A stretch of DNA of 54,033 nt, filler included, from Jimgerdemannia flammicorona (lineage: Eukaryota), in NCBI GenBank assembly GCA_003990765.1. It is 3 parts of 3 records of this genome, joined end to end, with 100 filler letters (N's around TTAATTAATTAA, not from the genome) between each part and the next. Parts side by side here need not be neighbours in the genome. Positions count along the whole stretch, not along the records: positions 36,092 to 54,033 come from RBNJ01002355.1; 2 more parts are not named here. The stretch is one strand, 5' to 3'. This document shows positions 47,469 through 54,033 of this stretch, piece after piece. Each line of letters starts with the position of its first letter. The stretch's first letter is position 1. The position numbers and the translations under genes were made by a program. The notes under the pieces are model-generated. The model saw only the letters and a program-made list of their open reading frames with translations. It was not told the DNA's origin and searched no databases.

Positions 47469-48043
47469 AATAGCTCCAATGGTGATAGGGATGGTATTCT
47501 TGGCCCACATATTGTCTTCTGGTCTATCATCCACCAGGTTAATTCAGGGATTGAGTCTGGAATCATTTCCATCTTCAGATTCTTCTTCCTCTTCTATAGT
47601 AGACTCCTCACTACTGGCATATTCTTTCTGAATAGTGACCTTCTTCTTCTTTTTCGATTGTCCATAGCTAGTCATCTTAACTCTATACTTCTTGCCTCGG
47701 TAGTCAAACTTGAGTACCTGTTGACCAATATCAACAACTGCATTCATTTCCTTCATCCAGTTGGTACCAAGAATCATATCATAGATGACAGCTTCAGTGA
47801 TGACAGCTTTCAGAATAGAAAACTGAATGTATCTAAGAGAGATGGTGATATTTCATACTTCTCTAAGAGGTTGAGTTCAGGCTCCATCTGCTACTATGAT
47901 GCTGAGATTGGATGGTCCATCAATGGGCCATTGGAGGGTGTCTAAGAATCATTTGGCAATAACACAGACAGCTGCTCCTATGTCTATGAGGATCTTCACC
48001 TTTTGTCCTCCAATATCTTCATATAAGTAGGTGCTAATATGTC
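47469..48043 (-). pseudogene. Element D aspartic protease region
   Basis: KVKILIDIGAAVCVI...IIVADG...YDMILGTNWMKEMNAVVDIGQQVLKFDYRGK, similar to the protease of A. Confidence 0.85.
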
Positions 48044-51000
48044 TTTTTTTTTTTTTTTTATAGTCACTTGGACTCATCCTTTATTACACCCATCTATCCC
48101 ATATAAATACAATAAACTCACCCCCTATCCAATCCCCCTAGGGGGGCCCCTCCCCCCTACCCCTTCTTGATGAAACACTACTCTATCAAATACAATCCCC
48201 ACCCTTCCACCACTCTGTTCACATATCCTTGCTACCAAACCATGCTGCCGCCTCCCTGAAGAACCCCAACCTATCTACCACCCAGTCAACAGATCCCCCA
48301 ACAGCTCCTCCCACCTTACAACCTTCTCCTACAGACTCATCTACTACCCCTCCTCAAACACAAATAGCCAATGTCCCACCAGACCCACCCAAACTGCTAA
48401 CACCCACTCGACAGTGAGCCAACTATCACCCACCCCCTCCACTAGCCAAGATCTCAAGTCCTCCCAACAATCCCCTTCACCTGCAGGCCTGTGCTCCACA
48501 CCCAGTCTATTCTCTATTTCAACCCAAAAGTCCCCCAAAATCTCACACTCCCCCAGCCAATATTCTGGTATCTGTACCAAACCCCCAACTTGCCCTACAT
48601 TATAACACTCCTTACAGTCGAAACAGCCACCATCCACCAGGTGCCTGGTGCAGAAATTCAGCATGACATTCCTCTGCAGCATTTGCCACCACACCACCCA
48701 GAACTTGGGGGGAAGCCACCACTGCACCTCAGCACTCCAAGACCAGATATCTGCCCAGTCCCACTCCTCGCTGATCCCAACTACCTGCCAACCACTTGGC
48801 CAAAGGTCCTGGCCAAGACCCTGCTGATACTCTACTCTATCCCCAATATCAAAGGTAATAAGTAGAGCACCCCCCAGAAGCAGTCTATCCCATCACCACA
48901 TATGAGGACCCCACAACACCTCCCCCTCATTGCCTTGCCAGTGCAGACCAATTTGGTGTGCTCCATCGACCACTCCCCACCAAAAGCCCTTAAATTACAG
49001 CTGCCAAATTCCATTGAGCCCTACCAAAGAGAATAGATCTCCTGAGGACCCTCGGGGGGAGGTTCTCATCTCCCACACCTTCTGCATCAGAAGTACCCAA
49101 CCCCCTCCCTGTAGTTCAGCCACTCTCTTCAGCCACCAGACTCGCAAGCAGTGCAACCTCTTAGGGAAATCTATAAGGCCAAGACCTCCCCTGTCCACCA
49201 GTGTCACAAGAGTATCCCAACTGATCTGGGACCTCCTCCCTGTCCAAATCCAATCCCTAGCCACCTTTGTCAGCCTCTTCACCACCTAAGCTGAGAAGTC
49301 TAGGTGGTATACCACATACCATAGCTTGGGAAATCAGTATGTATTCAGAATTGATACCCACCCTGCTAGAGAAATATGGCAGCCTCTCCAACCTCGAAGG
49401 GCCTCCTCCCTAATAGCCACCCTGCTCTCCCACCACACTCATGGTAAGACAGAACCATATATAGAGAGGAAGATGCCCAGATACCATATCACCTCATCAG
49501 TAGAGACAATTGTTCCAATGACATCCCCACCCACCAGTCCATTCTCTAGCACCATAGTCTCACACTTATACCAGTTGAGCTTCACCCCAGAGTGAATCTC
49601 ATACCATTCCACTGCCTTCTTAAGTGCCTCGACATCTGCCACAGACCCAAGGCCAACTACCATATCATCTGCAAAGGCCCCCACCTTCTCCACTATACCA
49701 TAGATAGAGAGCCCCACCACCTTCTGGCGAATCCTATCTATTAATGGTTCCAATGAGAGAGCATAAAAAATAGGGGACAATGGGTCCCCCTGAGGAACTC
49801 CTCTTCTCAAGATAAATGTCTGACTACAGTGACCATTACACAACAGTGCTGCCTGACTGCCCTCGAGCAGATGCACCATAGAAGTCTGAAACCCAGGAGG
49901 AATACTAATATGATCCAATACCTTACCCAGCCAAACCCACTGGACCCAGTCATAGGCCTTCTCCTGATCCAAAAAGACCAACCTCCCATCCAGGCTACAA
50001 GCCCAGGTCTCTTCAATGACACCATGCACCCAAGCAGTCCCATCTCTAATAAGCCTGTCTCTAACAAAGCCCTACTGCTCCTCCCCCAGCACCTGTTGGG
50101 CAATATTCTGCAGCCTTATGACAACCACCTTGGTTACCATCTTCCTGTCCATATCCAAAAGCATGATCAGTCACCAGTTCTTCCAGTCTTCTCTCCTCCC
50201 CTTATCTTTGTACAATAAAGCCACCAGCCCGAGGTCCTGCTCTCCAACCCACTCACTACTCTGAAGAATATGATCACAGAGAGCAGTCATCTCTCTCAGA
50301 ATGCCAGAGACCTTGACCATCTTCTTCCAGAAGTTCCATGGTAGTCCATCCTCCCCTGGTACTGTTCCAGTTTTAGTTGCTACAAGGACACTCTGGACCT
50401 CCTCACCTCACACCAGCAAGATCAAGTCATCCAGTCCAGCCACTTGTGGTGGCCTCCATTCCCCTAATGCATCTTCAATAGCCACCTCATCAGCACCCCC
50501 TTCCTTCTCACTCCACAAACCCTGCCATCTCTCTTTCAAAACCCCTAAGATTTGTTGTATACTATACACCATGTCCTCATTGGCATTGAGGATGCCATCT
50601 CACTGATGTCTCACCCTCCTAGCATTGAGCAGACAGGATAAATATCTAGTAGGCTGCTCACTCTCCTCAAGCCCCTGCCACTGTAGCCTAGCAGCCATAC
50701 CTCATATATACACCTTCTTCTCTTCTCTCAACACCTGTTACAGTTTCAATATCTCCAATTTAATCCACACTAACCTCCAATCCTCCACCCCATCAGAAGT
50801 AAGCAAACCTGCCCAATCTATTTGCAATCTCCTCAGCCTGCTGGAAGCATACCTCATGTGCTTCCTCCTCTATCTCCCAGCTTCTCTCTCAGCCTCTCCC
50901 CAATAGACCCTCACAGCATCTTTCAATCTCATCCACCAGACACCCACTGACAAACCCTCATACCTCCAGCAAGAAACTTTTGCCTGAATGTCCTCTACCC

Positions 51001-53786
51001 ACAAATCCCACAACCCCTTCTCAGCCAGTAGGGAGGAGTTGAGGCACCAATGTCTGGGTCCATCTCCACTCCCCCCAAACTGCCCCTGTCCCAACAGTCC
51101 CCAGTGATCAGACCATGGGCACTATTCCACCTCCAATACCTTTTAGACATCAGACCCCAGCATTCCACCATCAGAATCCAGTCAATCCTTGTACCCAAGC
51201 CATTCACCCAATGCATGTAGACCCTGGAATCACCCCATCATATTCTATCCATATCCCCTAAGGCTCTCCACCTCCTCCCATGCATCCAGGCCTCCACTTC
51301 TCCCTCCTGTACTCCTCCCACCATCAGTGTGGTCCAGATGCTGATCCCAAACCATATTAAAGTCCCCCCCAATCACATTGACCCCTTCTGCCAAGAGAAT
51401 ACCCTCCTCCAGCAGCTCCTCAATCCATGCAATCCTCTCACCCCTAACTGCAGAGCAGTAGTAAGAGCTAACCCTCACTGACTCTCACCCTGGCTGCTGC
51501 CAATCTCCCCAGACCAAGTGGTCACCCCAGCTCCTGATTCCCTCCAAGTCACCTCTGCCCTTCCTCACCAGAATCACTACTTTTCCAAACCAAGTAGTAG
51601 CCCCACCCCATTCCTTAGTTCACTTCACCCGATCATCCTCATCCTCACACCATACATCCTGTAGTAAAAAGAGATCAGCCTCCAATCCCTTGAGCCAAGT
51701 AAAAATGTCCTTATGCCATCCAGACCCCCTCAACCCATTCACATTCAAAGAGAAAATGTTAGTTGTACTGTTTATAAGGAATAATACTAAAAAAGGACCC
51801 ATCCTCTACAAGTCCACATTTGGCTCCTCCTGCACCAAGTCCAATTCATGTTCAGCAGCTAGTTCCCTTTCCCCAGCTTCCCATACCTCCAACCCTCCCA
51901 GAAGTTCTACCATTACCTCATCTTCCCTCTCCTCAAATTCCTCTCAATACTCCAGACAGGTCTCTCTCCAGAGCTATAAACTATACTGCTCAGCCCAGCA
52001 GTATGTTACCTGCTCACCTGCAGCCACCACCAGCTCTGCCTTCCTCACCTCATCAACCTCATATCCCTTCTCCTTTAAGAGAATCACAAGAATCTCCCCC
52101 CTCAGTGCCTCCACCACTTCCTCACCATGCAGCATCAGCTCTCAGTGCTCCTCAGGCATAACCCACAGGTCCACTTCTCCCAATGCATCAGCCATGAGGT
52201 TATCCATCACCTTGCTTATCCACAGCAAGTTTCCTACCTCCTTCCCTCCTGGAGTCCCTGGCTGTCCCACATCCAACATCATGGTGTCAGCACCCACACT
52301 GGCAGCCTCATCCCACTCCTCCTCAGGGATATCCACCAGCTCATCCTCACCAGCTGCCACCACCTGGCCCCCTTTTGCCACATCAGGGACCCCAAAATTC
52401 ACTTACTGGGCCCCCTTCATCAGCACATCCTCTGCTGCCCTTCTCTTTGCAGCTGGGCCCCTCCTGATCAGAGGGGGGGGGGTGGAGTCCAATTCTGGCT
52501 CCCAGACCTCAAAGATGCCATCGGCAAAGGGGTCCTTGCTCAGCACCTTTCCATCTCCTTCCTTGCCTACCTCCACCTCCCCTATCCCTTTACTAGCCCA
52601 GATACTGGCCTCAATGCCCCCAGACACCTCAGCCCCAACTGCCTTCTTCTTTGCCTCAATTGTCATACTCACCAGTAGCTCCCTCTGCCTCCTGTGCCCC
52701 TGTACCTGCTCCCACTGCCCCTTGTCCATGTGGATACACTTCCCCTCCACAACCTCCAGATGTGTCAACTCCTCATACATCTTCCAGGCCCTTGCCCTCC
52801 TCTCCACAGCTCCACTCATCTCCTCCAGCACCTCCAACAAGTCCTCCTCCTCCTCCTCACTCCCCTTCATCCTCAACACCTTACAGATGAATGCCCCTCA
52901 CATCAGCACAGAAGGCCAGTCACTTGCCTTCCCCATGGCCTCCTTTTCTGTCAGCCAAATCCTAATATCAATGTCACCTGTTCTGATCGTTGTCCCCTCT
53001 CACACCTGAAAGCCAATGTTCACTATATCACCATACTCAATCATCACCTCCTTCACCCTCTTCCTAGTCTCCTCCTTAGTCACCATAGGCACCCCCTTCA
53101 CCAGAAGCTGTACCACCCTGGGGTCCCATCTCAAGTACCACACCATGGGGACCACTACCTCCCCAACCACAACTTCAGTCTTCAGTGTCTCATCCAGTGG
53201 ACCGGCCTCCTCAAAGCCCACCTTGACTCCCTCCAGACTCTTCAAGAACTTCACTGAGGCTGTCCCAGCCACCTGCTTCAAAACAAGTCCCAGAACCATC
53301 CTTGCCATCACTGTCAAGCCCCAGAAGTACAAGGTCACCACAAACTCCAAGATTGACTTCTTGAGCAACAGGGTCACCACCAGCCCATTATACTATCTGC
53401 CAGGTCCCCCTTCTGCATCGGGAACCCCTGCCCCACCTGGTCATCAGCCATCACATCTCCTTTTTTTTCCTGATTCCCCATTACACTCCTATCAACAGTC
53501 ACACTCCCAGCCACAGCACCTCCAGCCCCTACACCTGACTCCCAGCTGGAGCACTACCCCCCCTCCCAAGGCTCATCTTGCCCTTCCCCTCAGCAGTACC
53601 AGCCCTATTACCAGCTGGCCACTCACTCCCCTTAACCTTGTCTGTGAAGCTCAGGAGACCAGATCTTCCCCCATTGCTCCCAGACACCGGTCCCCCTCCA
53701 GAGCCTTCTCCATTCTTTGGTCCTCTGAAGGCCCCCATCCCCAGGCCATAACCCCTTCCCACCTGCTGCCAGTCGAAGGCCCTAGA
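48044..53786 (-). mobile_element. Degenerate non-LTR retrotransposon (L1/Tx1-like LINE) inserted in D
   Basis: Poly(A) tail seen as T16 at 48044-48059. ORF2 endonuclease (SLNVNGL, VIGGDFN, TRIDWIL, SDH) at ~51000-51770. RT (LDQEKAYD, GVPQGDPLSP, AFADD) at ~49400-50200. ORF1 with an RRM-like segment at ~51820-53400. Confidence 0.9.
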
Positions 53787-53821
53787 TAGTGCATCGCAAC
53801 CCGAGCCGACCCGTGTACATA

Positions 53822-54033
53822 TTTAACCCGACCCGGAATTATACGTCACCCGTCTTTAACCCGACCCGGAATTATACGTCACCCGTCTTTAACCCGACCC
53901 GGAATAATACGTCACCCGTCTTTAACCCGACCCGGAATAATACGTCACCCGTCTTTAACCCGACCCGGAATTATACGTCACCCATCTTTAACCCGACCTG
54001 GAAACGTACGTCACCCGTCTTTAACCCGACCCG
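53822..54033. repeat. 33-bp tandem array (~6.4 copies, runs off the contig)
   Basis: Unit TTTAACCCGACCCGGAATTATACGTCACCCGTC starting at 53822, 53855, 53888, 53921, 53954, 53987 and 54020. Confidence 0.95.

Noticed and set aside
51690..53009. 439-aa plus-strand ORF (and 53016-53789, 52127-52678)
   Set aside because: Ser/Pro/Thr-rich antisense shadow of the G-rich LINE ORF1, with no domain motifs.
53822..54033. Telomere or CRISPR array
   Set aside because: TAACCC occurs once per 33-bp unit rather than as tandem hexamers, and the units abut with no unique spacers.

Overview
Eukaryotic DNA, most likely from a fungus. The Sel1/TPR/MYND gene, the SAM-like pseudogene and the exon-per-LRR pseudogene suggest an early-diverging Mucoromycota-type lineage; that placement is inference. 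The window is three contigs (1-17946, 18047-35991, 36092-54033) joined by artificial N44-TTAATTAATTAA-N44 spacers. Most of it is nested, C-to-T-decayed transposons. There are four Ty3/Gypsy families: A1 901-10558 (complete); A2 18264-35833, interrupted by B; chromoviruses B 21037-31585 and C 38357-47468 (both complete with TSDs); and D, split by C and cut by a LINE. Also present are a fold-back hAT-type MITE inside an A1 LTR, an L1/Tx1-like LINE, and a CpG-rich 33-bp tandem array at the right end. The only intact host gene is an intronless 929-aa TPR-Sel1-TPR-MYND ORF, flanked by SAM-like and LRR pseudogenes. Main result: divergent Gypsy families share unusual cargo. (1) An uncharacterised accessory gene, with a TATA-like box upstream, lies inside the LTRs of A and B and just before the PPT in C. 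(2) All four families have a dUTPase, at two different polyprotein positions. (3) A small CxH-x-CxxC module sits between dUTPase and protease. (4) B and C share a Gag N-terminal extension. All alignments and translations of broken frames were done by eye; no searches were run.
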